DNA of 64,000 nt. Source: Candidatus Bathyarchaeota archaeon (lineage in GTDB: Archaea > Thermoproteota > Bathyarchaeia > Bathyarchaeales > Bathycorpusculaceae). Position 1 is the stretch's first letter. Each line of letters starts with the position of its first letter. Under the pieces are notes generated by a model. It was not told the origin of the DNA. It did not search any database and saw only the letters and a program-made list of their open reading frames with translations. This document shows positions 42,452-51,286 of the stretch, in pieces. The position numbers and the translations under genes were made by a program. The stretch covers positions 1,312,001-1,376,000 of the forward strand of contig OY970340.1 of assembly GCA_963717465.1 (NCBI GenBank), given 5' to 3'.

Positions 42452-44119
42452 ATGTCCAAATCTAAGGTGAATTCAAAACCCGTTTTAATTCTAAGAGAAG
42501 GCGCCAGCAGCCATGGAAAAGATGCTCAGTTAAGCAGCATAAGAGCTGCTCGTGCTGTTTCTGAGGTCCTGAAAAGTTCGCTTGGGCCAAAAGGAATGGA
42601 CAAGATGTTGGTGAATAATTTTGGCGATATAATCATTACTAATGATGGTCGTAAGATGATTCAGGAAATGGATCTTCAGCATCCTGCGGCTAGAATGTTG
42701 GTTGATGTTGCTCAAGCGGTTGATAATGAAGTGGGGGATGGTACCACAAGCAGTGTTGTAATAGCCGGCGAGCTTCTAGCAAAGGCTGAGCAGTTAATCA
42801 GTAAGGGAATACATCCAACGATTATTATTGATGGTTATGAGAAAGCGTCTGTCAAAGCTTTGGAGGCACTTGAAAGCATAGCTATCCCATTGACTATTGA
42901 GGATAAGGATGGGCTAGAAAAGATAGCCGCCACCGCATTAGAAAGCAAAATAATTGCCAATCTCAAAGAATCCCTGTCAAAGATTGTTGTGTCAGCGATT
43001 CTTAGCGTTAAACGCGAAGTTGATGGACTAAACATAGCTGATCTGAGCGATGTTATGGTGGAGAAAAAGCTAGGTGAATCGCTGGCAAGCACAAGATTAG
43101 TCAAAGGAGTGATCGTTAACAAAGAGTTGCTTCATCCAGCCATGCCCAAACAAGTCAAAAAGGCGAAAATTGCCCTAATTGATAGGGCGCTGGATATTGA
43201 AAAAGTGCAGTTTGATTCCAAGCTGATGATTGAAAATCCAGAGCAAATGGAAGAATTCATTAAACATGAAGAAGCAATCATTGGACGATTAGTTGATAAG
43301 ATTGCAAATTCAGGTGCTAACGTTCTCATTTTGCAGGAAGACCTGAATAAAATAGCATATTACCTCTTAGCGAAGAAAGGGATAGCTGCAATTAGACGGG
43401 TTAAACAGCCATTAATGAGAAGCATATCCAAAGCCACTGGTGCACATATCGTATCAGATTTTGATGTCTTATCTGAGAAAGACTTAGGCTACGCAGAGCT
43501 AGTGGAAGAGAGAAAGATTGGTGATGACAAGATGCTTTTCATTGAGGAATGTAAAAACCCGAATTCTGTAACTATCCTAATTCGAGGGGCTAACAAGCGG
43601 GCCTTAGATGAAGCTGAAAGATCAATCCATGATGCTCTATGCGTTGTACGGGATGTCATAAAAGAAGAAAAAATTGTTGCCGGTGGCGGAGCACCAGAAA
43701 TAGAAGCTGCAAAAGCAGTTAGAAAACTTGCATTTACTTTTGCTGGGAAGGAACAGCTTGCAGCAATGGCTTACGCGGAGGCTCTTGAAATTGTGCCAGA
43801 GGTTCTCTCAGAAAATGCAGGCTTGAGCCCGATCGATATTCTGCAGGAACTGAGAAACCGTCATGAAAAAAATGAATTATGGGCTGGAGTCAACGTGTTT
43901 GAAGGAAAAGTTCAGGATATGAAAGCTCTTGCAGTCTACGAGCCATTATCCGTCAAAAAACAGGTCGTGAAATCTGCTACTGAAGCAGCTGTAATGATCC
44001 TTAAAGTTGACGAGTTAGTTTCTACAAAAAAGCCGCTTAAAAGAGAAGAGCCCCCTAAAGGCGGACGTGCAAGAGAAGAATATCTGCGTGAACGCATGAA
44101 AACATTTCCAATGTTCTAA
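42452..44119 (+). CDS. ths: Thermosome (group II chaperonin) subunit
   Basis: LGPKGMDKM, TNDG, VGDGTTS, DEAERSIHDA, GGGAPE. Confidence 0.95.
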   Translation: MSKSKVNSKPVLILREGASSHGKDAQLSSIRAARAVSEVLKSSLGPKGMDKMLVNNFGDIIITNDGRKMIQEMDLQHPAARMLVDVAQAVDNEVGDGTTSSVVIAGELLAKAEQLISKGIHPTIIIDGYEKASVKALEALESIAIPLTIEDKDGLEKIAATALESKIIANLKESLSKIVVSAILSVKREVDGLNIADLSDVMVEKKLGESLASTRLVKGVIVNKELLHPAMPKQVKKAKIALIDRALDIEKVQFDSKLMIENPEQMEEFIKHEEAIIGRLVDKIANSGANVLILQEDLNKIAYYLLAKKGIAAIRRVKQPLMRSISKATGAHIVSDFDVLSEKDLGYAELVEERKIGDDKMLFIEECKNPNSVTILIRGANKRALDEAERSIHDALCVVRDVIKEEKIVAGGGAPEIEAAKAVRKLAFTFAGKEQLAAMAYAEALEIVPEVLSENAGLSPIDILQELRNRHEKNELWAGVNVFEGKVQDMKALAVYEPLSVKKQVVKSATEAAVMILKVDELVSTKKPLKREEPPKGGRAREEYLRERMKTFPMF

Positions 44120-44276
44120 CAGAATATTCCCGACTAAACTAAGTCCAAATCCGATAGCTTAAGCCTGTGGAGAGAAAAAAGAATAAGTATTTCATTTTGG
44201 TGGTATTGCGCTTGCCCAACAAATAGCTAGAAGTTCATCCGCTTGTTGTCGTTGCGGTGCAATCACATATTCTTAA

Positions 44277-44552
44277 TTGCTATTCAAAGGGTTAATTAAT
44301 CTAAGAGCTAAAATGGCTATCAACACAAATTTTGAAATTGTACCTAATATTATCCGTTTTTGTGAAAACCCAAAAAATAAGGATAGAATTATGACCAGAC
44401 TAAATTTGAATGATGTTCAAGTACACGCATATTTGGCAATTCTCACTCAAAGTTTGCTCGTTCAAAATAATGGTAAATACGTCATTACGATGAGTGGAAA
44501 AAGTTACATTTACTCCATCGATAGATCGCTGGCAGTTCAAACTTTTTTCTGA
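44277..44552 (+). CDS. Small winged-helix protein (HTH_45-like, degenerate)
   Basis: KNKDRIMTRLNLNDVQVHAYL...YVITMSGK. Confidence 0.6.
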   Translation: MLFKGLINLRAKMAINTNFEIVPNIIRFCENPKNKDRIMTRLNLNDVQVHAYLAILTQSLLVQNNGKYVITMSGKSYIYSIDRSLAVQTFF

Positions 44553-44799
44553 TTTGTTCCAGCGTGCTTTTTTCCGCTTAATACGTCTTATACTTAGTAA
44601 AAAATGTCCCTATCTCGTTGGCAAGAATTATTAAATTCTTGTATCACAATTTTTTGGACTACCAGATTTTTAGAAGAAAAACGGTAGCCCTCTTTTTATG
44701 AAAAACATTCCAGACATTGTCCCCCTCCAACACGTACACAGGAAGAAAGAACCATCTTTTTGTTTGTGTGTCAATGTGTAAGAGTTAAAGTCAGTGATC

Positions 44800-44829
44800 G
44801 GATTAAATTTTAGTCCAAACCAACCAACC
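44800..44829. repeat. Imperfect palindrome ggattaaattttagtcc with ccaa tail, copy 1
   Basis: Same core at 49748-49764; bracketed by 10-bp inverted repeat 44718-44727 / 44874-44883. Confidence 0.85.
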
Positions 44830-45111
44830 AATGCAAATGGGGTTGGATGTACAGGTTGGACGGAGAATATATAGAGGGGGACACAAGGGTGTGTGTTCGC
44901 TACAGGGGAGACGAGCATCTGGAAAAAAAATATCGAACTAACGCATTTTCCGGGGGAAAAATACGTTTAAGCGGTATTTTTTTCGGATGGACAGGTTCTT
45001 GCGCTTTTTTCGTGGAAGGGGTCAGAAAAAGCGCTTATACCTCTGCTCGGTTATCATCATTATCATAAGAAGAAGTAGTAGTAATACCATTACTAATAGA
45101 AACTTGTAATA

Positions 45112-45240
45112 TGTAATACACCTTCCATTCCTGGGATGTGGTACGAATCTTAGTTTGTACCACAAATTTAAAATGTGTTACAAATTAAGATTGTATTACA
45201 AACATGATTTTGTAGCACAGAACAGGAAATGTGGCATGGA
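45112..45240. repeat. Array of TGT-N3-ACA boxes with 18-19 bp period
   Basis: Box starts at 45137, 45156, 45174, 45192, 45211 and degenerate 45230; outlier at 45112. Confidence 0.8.
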
Positions 45241-45480
45241 AAGGGGCAGACTAAAAAAATTTTATAGATAGAGATTAATTAAAATTTTTAATTAAACCCT
45301 ATGCATGTCTTAAAAAGTCGGATTAAAAAAAGAGTAGCGGGTTAAAATAATTCAGAAACAGACAGTTTTAGTAAAACCTATAATGTCTACAGATAAATGG
45401 TTTTTACTAAATGTAAGGCCGCCAAAGGTTCACTTTTTCCCTCGGCACACGGCTATTTGAAATTGATACTTGCGATACGC

Positions 45481-45570
45481 GCACTAATCAACGAAGAAGT
45501 TCTGCTATTAGCAAAATATCTTAGACCTGAAACGAAAGAATGGACACCAAGAATTCCTGCAATTAGATAA
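45481..45570 (+). pseudogene. cas1: Probable C-terminal remnant of an archaeal solo Cas1
   Basis: ALINEEVLLLAKYLRPETKEWTPRIPAIR* inside a 57-aa ORF 45397-45570; resembles the LINEEALLxAKYLRxExxxWxPRI C-terminus I recall for archaeal stand-alone Cas1 (not searched). Confidence 0.55.
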
Positions 45571-45653
45571 AGCGTGCGTCACGTCTGTTACGATATTTTG
45601 TTACAAACTAGTTTTTATTAAATTTTTTTGGGACTGGTTTAAGTGGTGATACT

Positions 45654-46019
45654 ATGTCAAAGTTTAAAAAAAAATCTCCACAAGAGAAGGCTGATGAGCA
45701 AATTGAGAGATTGAAGGCAAAAATAAATGCTGCTGCAAGCCAAATAAAAGGATTTGATAATGCTTTTGTCTATAATTGTACTGACGCACCTGAAGCATAT
45801 CTTATATCGATAGGCAAAGACGGTTCAGTTGAAAAAATCGAAAAAGGCCCTGCCGAAGATTTAAAGGAAAAGGGAATAGCTACAATCAGCTCCACTATTG
45901 ACGATTTTAAGGCACAACTAGATGGTCAACTAGCTCCTATAGCAGGCATCCAAGCTGGTGTAATTCGCGTTGATGGTTCTATGGATGTTCTAATGAAACT
46001 AGCACCAGCATTAATGTAG
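45654..46019 (+). CDS. SCP2 sterol/lipid-binding domain protein
   Basis: DDFKAQLDGQLAPIAGIQAGVIRVDGSMDVLMKL; paralog of 61761-62120. Confidence 0.8.
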   Translation: MSKFKKKSPQEKADEQIERLKAKINAAASQIKGFDNAFVYNCTDAPEAYLISIGKDGSVEKIEKGPAEDLKEKGIATISSTIDDFKAQLDGQLAPIAGIQAGVIRVDGSMDVLMKLAPALM

Positions 46020-46127
46020 TAGGCATTTCAATTTACTCTTTTTTTTGCCGTATTTCAGTCATCGATTCACTTTACTAGCGTGTTAATAGGAAAATTTATT
46101 GAAAAAATTGGTTAACTAAGATAAATC

Positions 46128-46592
46128 CTAACTACTCGGAACAGTTTTTACGAATTTGTTTTCTTCTTCGGCTTTTTCAGCGTCTATTTTATACCATTCT
46201 AACGCTTTATCTCCAGTTAAAAGGTTGCTTAGTTCCGCATCATAGTTGGAAGGTTTAATTATTGCAAGCCAGCCTTTTTCCCAAGGATCATCAACAAATG
46301 CATTAGCACCTATGCGATCAATCTCTGGATTGGTTGCAATAACCGTACCCGAAACGGGAGAAACAATTGGTCCAGTGTATTTGCGAGATTCGATAACTCC
46401 GACTTTTTTCTTTTGCTTTACGATAGTTCCTTCGTCAACCATTTTGATGAAATAAATTTCATGGGCTCCTCTTGCGACAACTTCGTCGAAACCAATTCTT
46501 ACATTGCCATCTTGTTCCTTTTTAACCCAGACATGATCAGTGTTATAGTATAGTTCAGGCTTAAATTCGAAACCAAATACTTTTGTCATCAA
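46128..46592 (-). CDS. gcvH: Glycine cleavage H-like lipoyl-carrier protein (stand-alone)
   Basis: YYNTDHVWV, VRIGF, IESRKYTGPIVSPVSGTV (lipoyl Lys kept), DPWEKGWL. Confidence 0.88.
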   Translation of the reverse strand: MMTKVFGFEFKPELYYNTDHVWVKKEQDGNVRIGFDEVVARGAHEIYFIKMVDEGTIVKQKKKVGVIESRKYTGPIVSPVSGTVIATNPEIDRIGANAFVDDPWEKGWLAIIKPSNYDAELSNLLTGDKALEWYKIDAEKAEEENKFVKTVPSS

Positions 46593-46634
46593 ATCACTCT
46601 CTTCATCGTCATTATTAAAATAAAAAAATGGTGA

Positions 46635-47897
46635 TTATTTCAAAGGTAGTTTGAATAACTCCTTTTCTAATTTCAGCGTTAAATCAATCTTTTCAACTGG
46701 GGTCTGTACATCATAATTGTTGTGTATACTCACTCGTTGTCCTTTTGTTGTTGCTTTTGCACTGTTTACAATTCTCATTAGCTCATTTTTGATATCATCT
46801 GGACTTCCATTAAGGACTGTTCGAGTAGCAGGATAGGTCATTAGTACGACATTTGGATAGTTATTGAGCGTTTCGAAGCCTTGTTCAATTGCACCACTTG
46901 TTTCTGCGAACATAACTCCGCCACCGCCATTTTCTTGCATACATGAACCACAAGCTTCTAGAGTACCTTTTGGACCACCTAAAGCTGTATATGGATACCA
47001 ACCCTTATCGGTAACGTATCTTATGCTTGCACCATAGTGTTCATCGAAATTCTTCTTGAATTCATCAGCTGTCATATAACCTCCAGCGCCATCGCACCAC
47101 CAAACAATGTTACCTTTACCGTTATCATCTAATTGATCCCCAAGTATTGGAAGCATTATATCGATTCTTCTGTGAAGCACAGCAGTTGCACATTTGAAAG
47201 CTAAAGTAGCCAATTCTGGATCAGTTCTTACAGCAAGCAAGAATTCCTTAATGCCTAGCAAGAAGCCTGCGGCGCTAATTTGACCAGGGCAACATGCACC
47301 CCAAACAGAGAATTGGTCGCCTAAGTGTTTGATTCGCATTTTGGTGACCCACATGTTCACTGGGAATAAGCCTTGTTTTGCTGGGTCAGGTAAATTATCT
47401 AATAGAATTGTAGATCTTCTTTTGTTTTAGCGAACGGTTCAACCTGTAATGGTGGACCATGCTCTACAAAACGGAATTTCCGGCTAAGAATATCTTCACC
47501 AAAGGTAACTGGAGAAGAATACAAAGAATCCATTGGAAATCTAGGCATAAAACATTACCTCGCAAATCCACATGAGTGCGGGATTATTTAGTATGTCTTT
47601 CTGTGAAATAACTGGCGGTGATGGGGCAAAAGAGTCTATAACGCGACCAATGAGGTTTTGAGTTACAGAGAAAGTTGCTGGAATATGATCGACTTGTTGA
47701 TCTGTATAGAAGTTTTTAGCTACCAACTCTCTTGGATTGTACTTTTCCTTCTTTATTCTTTCTAAGACTTTTAATCGAGCTTTCTCTATAATTAATTCTT
47801 CGTATTCATTGAAACTAACTCCAATGTTTTTTGCATTCCATGTCTTTGGATAATCACCGTTTACTTCCTTCGCGTCCCATTGAATTACATCTTTCAT
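46635..47897 (-). CDS. UroD/MtaA-fold methyltransferase-like protein, split by one extra base near 47544
   Basis: LPDPAKQGLFP, CCPGQISAAGFLLGIKEFL...DPE, TPVEKID; collinear with the intact paralog at 62979 once one C is removed. Confidence 0.75.
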
Positions 47898-47899
47898 TT

Positions 47900-48622
47900 T
47901 TAACCACCTCCCTTTGATTTTTGTTCTTTTAGTATTCGCATTAATTCACTAACTTTTTTGAGTGCATCCTCAGTTTGTGCACCAAATGCATCTATTTTGT
48001 AAGTTTCTACGTCACCGTAAGAAGCGGCTTGCCCACCATCAATGATTTTTATTTTGTCTCGTATTCCAGCCTTTTCACATTCCTCTGTCACGCTACCTAT
48101 GCCTACTCTGGCCATTCCCATTGAGCAACTGATACCAATTATATCGGCTTTTTTCATCTTGGCTTTTATAGCAAAAACTTTTGGAGGAATATCATAGCCC
48201 AGATCAATTACTTCATAGCCTGCTGCAGCTAACATAGATCCGATAATTTGTCGTCCGATATCATGCACATCTCCCTCAATGGTGCCCAGAATAACTCTGC
48301 CTAGGTTAGCTGCATTGCTATATTTCTTGGCTAATTCTGGCCTTAACACATTTGAGCAGGCAGTAAGACATTCTCCAATCATTATTAAATCAGATAACAT
48401 TATGGGATTTTCATCTTCCTTTGTTTTTGTTTTTTCTTCAAAAATAGTCGCCGAATAATCCCTTTTTGTGATTTCTTTAGTCCAATCGAGCAGATTCTTT
48501 TCAAGCAGATCCATAGGGTCAGCGCCTAAGCCCAAAGCTTTCTGTGTTAATTCTGCACATTTTTTAGGGTCTTGCGCGTAAAAAGCATCTTTTAGTTCTT
48601 TTATTGCTGATTCAACGGACAT
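47900..48622 (-). CDS. Corrinoid (B12-binding) protein, divergent MtaC-like
   Basis: GTIEGDVHDIG (DxHxxG), VIDLGYD, GISCSM, IIDGGQ; N-terminal cap domain. Confidence 0.92.
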   Translation of the reverse strand: MSVESAIKELKDAFYAQDPKKCAELTQKALGLGADPMDLLEKNLLDWTKEITKRDYSATIFEEKTKTKEDENPIMLSDLIMIGECLTACSNVLRPELAKKYSNAANLGRVILGTIEGDVHDIGRQIIGSMLAAAGYEVIDLGYDIPPKVFAIKAKMKKADIIGISCSMGMARVGIGSVTEECEKAGIRDKIKIIDGGQAASYGDVETYKIDAFGAQTEDALKKVSELMRILKEQKSKGGG

Positions 48623-48683
48623 ACTGCTTATCCTCTTTAATCTTATCGACAGGCTAGAAAATGCAAAAATAATTTATAGAGAA

Positions 48684-49598
48684 TTGTTTATATCAAAAGT
48701 TACAGATAGGTCGAAAAAATTGAATGCTCTAAGAGGGAGTAGTATTAGCAAAGATTTGATCGTAAATACTCTTTCAAAAATGGGCTTAAATGAGAAAGAA
48801 GCAGAACTCTATATTCTTCTTGTTAGGTCTGGACCAAAGATGGCAAAAGACCTTAATAATATAATGAAATGTAATAGAGTGCATTTATATCGTATGCTTA
48901 AAGATCTTCAGATGAAGGGCTTGGTTGAATCCACTCTTGATTTTCCAGCCGAATTTAACGCTGTTAAACCAAGGATAGCAATTGACTTGTTTTTAAGTTC
49001 AAAGAAGAAAGAACTCAATTTAATTCAGAAGAACAAGGCACAAATAATTGCATCTTTAGAAGAAATTCAAGCGGAAGAGCCTCTGACAACAATAGGGAAA
49101 TTTGCTGTTATTGAAGGGATGGATTCGCTTGTTTCAAAAAGCTTGCAGATGTCCAAGGAGACCAAAAAGGAGCTTTTATTGGCTCATGACAAATTAGCTT
49201 GGATGATTGAAGACTTTGCTGGTGATTTCGGTGTTCATTTGAGAAATGCAAAGAAAGCACGAGCGTATGTAAGGCTATTAACAACATCAGCTAAAGATAA
49301 TCTACAAATGGTAAATCAAATACGTGCAAAGAATAAATCATTGGAAAATTCTTTTGTTGTGAGGGTTCTTGACTTAGAACCATCACTATTTCAAGATTAT
49401 TTAATAAGGGATGAGGAAGAAATCCTTTTCAGTTTGACTCCTTATGAAGACCTAAAAGTAACGAAATCATCTGAGTACAAAGGATTATGGACAAATAATC
49501 GACAATTTGTACGATCTATGAAAATGCTTTTTGAGAAAAACTGGAAAGAAGCACACGAAATTAAAAGTCTTAGTGAGAAGGGTATTGTGAGCAGTTAG
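48684..49598 (+). CDS. TrmB-family transcriptional regulator
   Basis: GLNEKEAELYILL...LYRMLKDLQMKGLVES; IRDEEE, LWTNN, FEKNW. Confidence 0.9.
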   Translation: MFISKVTDRSKKLNALRGSSISKDLIVNTLSKMGLNEKEAELYILLVRSGPKMAKDLNNIMKCNRVHLYRMLKDLQMKGLVESTLDFPAEFNAVKPRIAIDLFLSSKKKELNLIQKNKAQIIASLEEIQAEEPLTTIGKFAVIEGMDSLVSKSLQMSKETKKELLLAHDKLAWMIEDFAGDFGVHLRNAKKARAYVRLLTTSAKDNLQMVNQIRAKNKSLENSFVVRVLDLEPSLFQDYLIRDEEEILFSLTPYEDLKVTKSSEYKGLWTNNRQFVRSMKMLFEKNWKEAHEIKSLSEKGIVSS

Positions 49599-49609
49599 TT
49601 AGAACTTCC

Positions 49610-49627
49610 CATATGAATATTCATATG
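49610..49627. repeat. Perfect 18-bp palindrome catatgaatattcatatg
   Basis: Read directly, just after the TrmB stop. Confidence 0.85.
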
Positions 49628-49730
49628 TCTGTTTGCTTATTTTGCAATTATAATTGTATGTAATTGTAATTGTGTTAGTGGAGGAGTATGTGTAAGTGAA
49701 AAGAAGTCATAGTCGGTGAGTCGTAGAAGT

Positions 49731-49775
49731 TTGGTTTTGGTTTGGTTGGATTAAATTTTAGTCCAACCAACCAAC
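49731..49775. repeat. Imperfect palindrome ttggttggattaaa-t-tttagtccaaccaa, copy 2
   Basis: 14-bp arms with one mismatch; same core as 44800-44816. Confidence 0.85.
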
Positions 49776-50410
49776 AACACCGTATAACATACACAAAAAC
49801 AGAGTGCGTGCTTGCAGAGACTGTTAAGTTAGAATATGACTTCTTGTTTCATAAATGCTATCTTTATTTATCCACACAGCATAACTGCAGAGTTGAAGTG
49901 AATTGAGTTCGAAAAAGAAAAGTATCCTTTCAAAGAAAACAATGTTTAGTGTAAATCGTTTCCGTACTGGTTCACAACGAATTATAGATACCACAATGAA
50001 AGCCAAGGCTGATCGATCAGCGATTGCAAGGAAAGCTGTAGCGCACAGAAAAAAATGCGCACACGCTATGGTTTAGCACTCAACAAGCTACCTCAATTTT
50101 TTTAACTATAAATCTACATTAAACAGTAGTTTGCCAAGTGCGTTGCATCTCAAACGGTAATAACTTCAGCCTGTTAGCATGCACTTTTGGGTTTGGGATT
50201 AAAGCGTGCGCTTCAATGGTTTTTTTGAGAGAGAGTTAACTTGGCATTTAGCTTAAATTAACAATCATTCTCTATTTTTAAATAGAGCTTTCTCAAACTT
50301 GTCAAAGACTAATGCTGCAAGTCGGTTACGGCTTCCTCTTGGAAAGATCGGAGGCTTAAAAAATAAATAAAAAATTTTCGATTGTTTTTGTTGTAATAAT
50401 TGGGCTCTCC

Positions 50411-51097
50411 TTGTTTGTGGTAGCACTGTTCAGATTACCTAACTGGGATTTTTTTTCGAACGTCACTAATGCCACAAATACATGCGTTAGTTCGGGTGCA
50501 AGCCAGAGTTTAAGCAATGGCGTAGCGCACTTTATCGTTCCGTCGCCTGAAGCAGGAAATTACAGTTATTCGTATCTGCAGAAAAGCGGGTTTACCTCAA
50601 CAGCCAATAGTACCATCACTGCGACCGAAGATGTCTATATTTCTGATGTTCCCAACAGTTACAGGCAAGGCACTGATGCAATATTCTTTTTCTACATTGT
50701 AGATCCGATTGAGGGTGCAAACAGCGGCAACATTGCGGTTGGAATAGACGGTTCAGGCGTTTGGTCGTTATGGATAGGTGGTCACTCACTTTATAATTAT
50801 GTTTTCCAAGCGGTAGGTAATTCTCCAGAGAATGCCACATGGTATCATATCGTTTTATTAGTCAATAATTCTGCCCGAACTGTGACTCTTCAAGCAAACG
50901 GGACAACAGTCATTACAGCAGAACAAAACCAATTCACCAATAAAACGCATCCCATTAGCCTCTGGGTCGGTATCGGTGAAGACTGGTGGTGTAACGGTCC
51001 TAAACTTCTAGAATTAGATGTTACTAACGTAAAGTTGGAAATTTCCCAAGGTTTAACATCAACATATTCAACACTTTGGTATCGCGCGTATACTTAA
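50411..51097 (+). CDS. Secreted beta-sandwich (concanavalin/LamG-like) protein
   Basis: Hydrophobic N-terminus; TWYHIVLLVNNSARTVTLQANGT; true start uncertain. Confidence 0.55.
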   Translation: MFVVALFRLPNWDFFSNVTNATNTCVSSGASQSLSNGVAHFIVPSPEAGNYSYSYLQKSGFTSTANSTITATEDVYISDVPNSYRQGTDAIFFFYIVDPIEGANSGNIAVGIDGSGVWSLWIGGHSLYNYVFQAVGNSPENATWYHIVLLVNNSARTVTLQANGTTVITAEQNQFTNKTHPISLWVGIGEDWWCNGPKLLELDVTNVKLEISQGLTSTYSTLWYRAYT

Positions 51098-51286
51098 GAG
51101 GTAATCGAACGTTCCTGTTTTTTTTATCTACAATGCTCTATATCTTTGGTATAAAGAATGCTAGTTGTTCTCACTCTGAAATACGATAGTCGCTAAGAGC
51201 AATAACACTCACCCATAAGAAATATTTATCAGAATATACTTCTTGTATTATCATAAGAACAATTTTTTTAACGTCGAAATGATCTG

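Noticed and set aside
44670..45068. Track ORFs 44670-44918 and 44847-45068
   Set aside because: Unprotein-like composition overlapping repeat and palindrome DNA; treated as non-coding
45112..45240. CRISPR array near the Cas1-like remnant
   Set aside because: Period of 18-19 bp with degenerate 9-bp boxes; no 25-40 bp repeats with spacers
47541..47543. TAG inside a methyltransferase-like gene as possible pyrrolysine readthrough
   Set aside because: In-frame continuation hits TGA after 14 codons; similarity to the 62979 paralog continues in another frame, so it is a +1 frameshift
44700..49810. Complete casposon or transposon
   Set aside because: No intact Cas1, PolB, transposase or integrase, and no convincing target-site duplication; only remnants are reported
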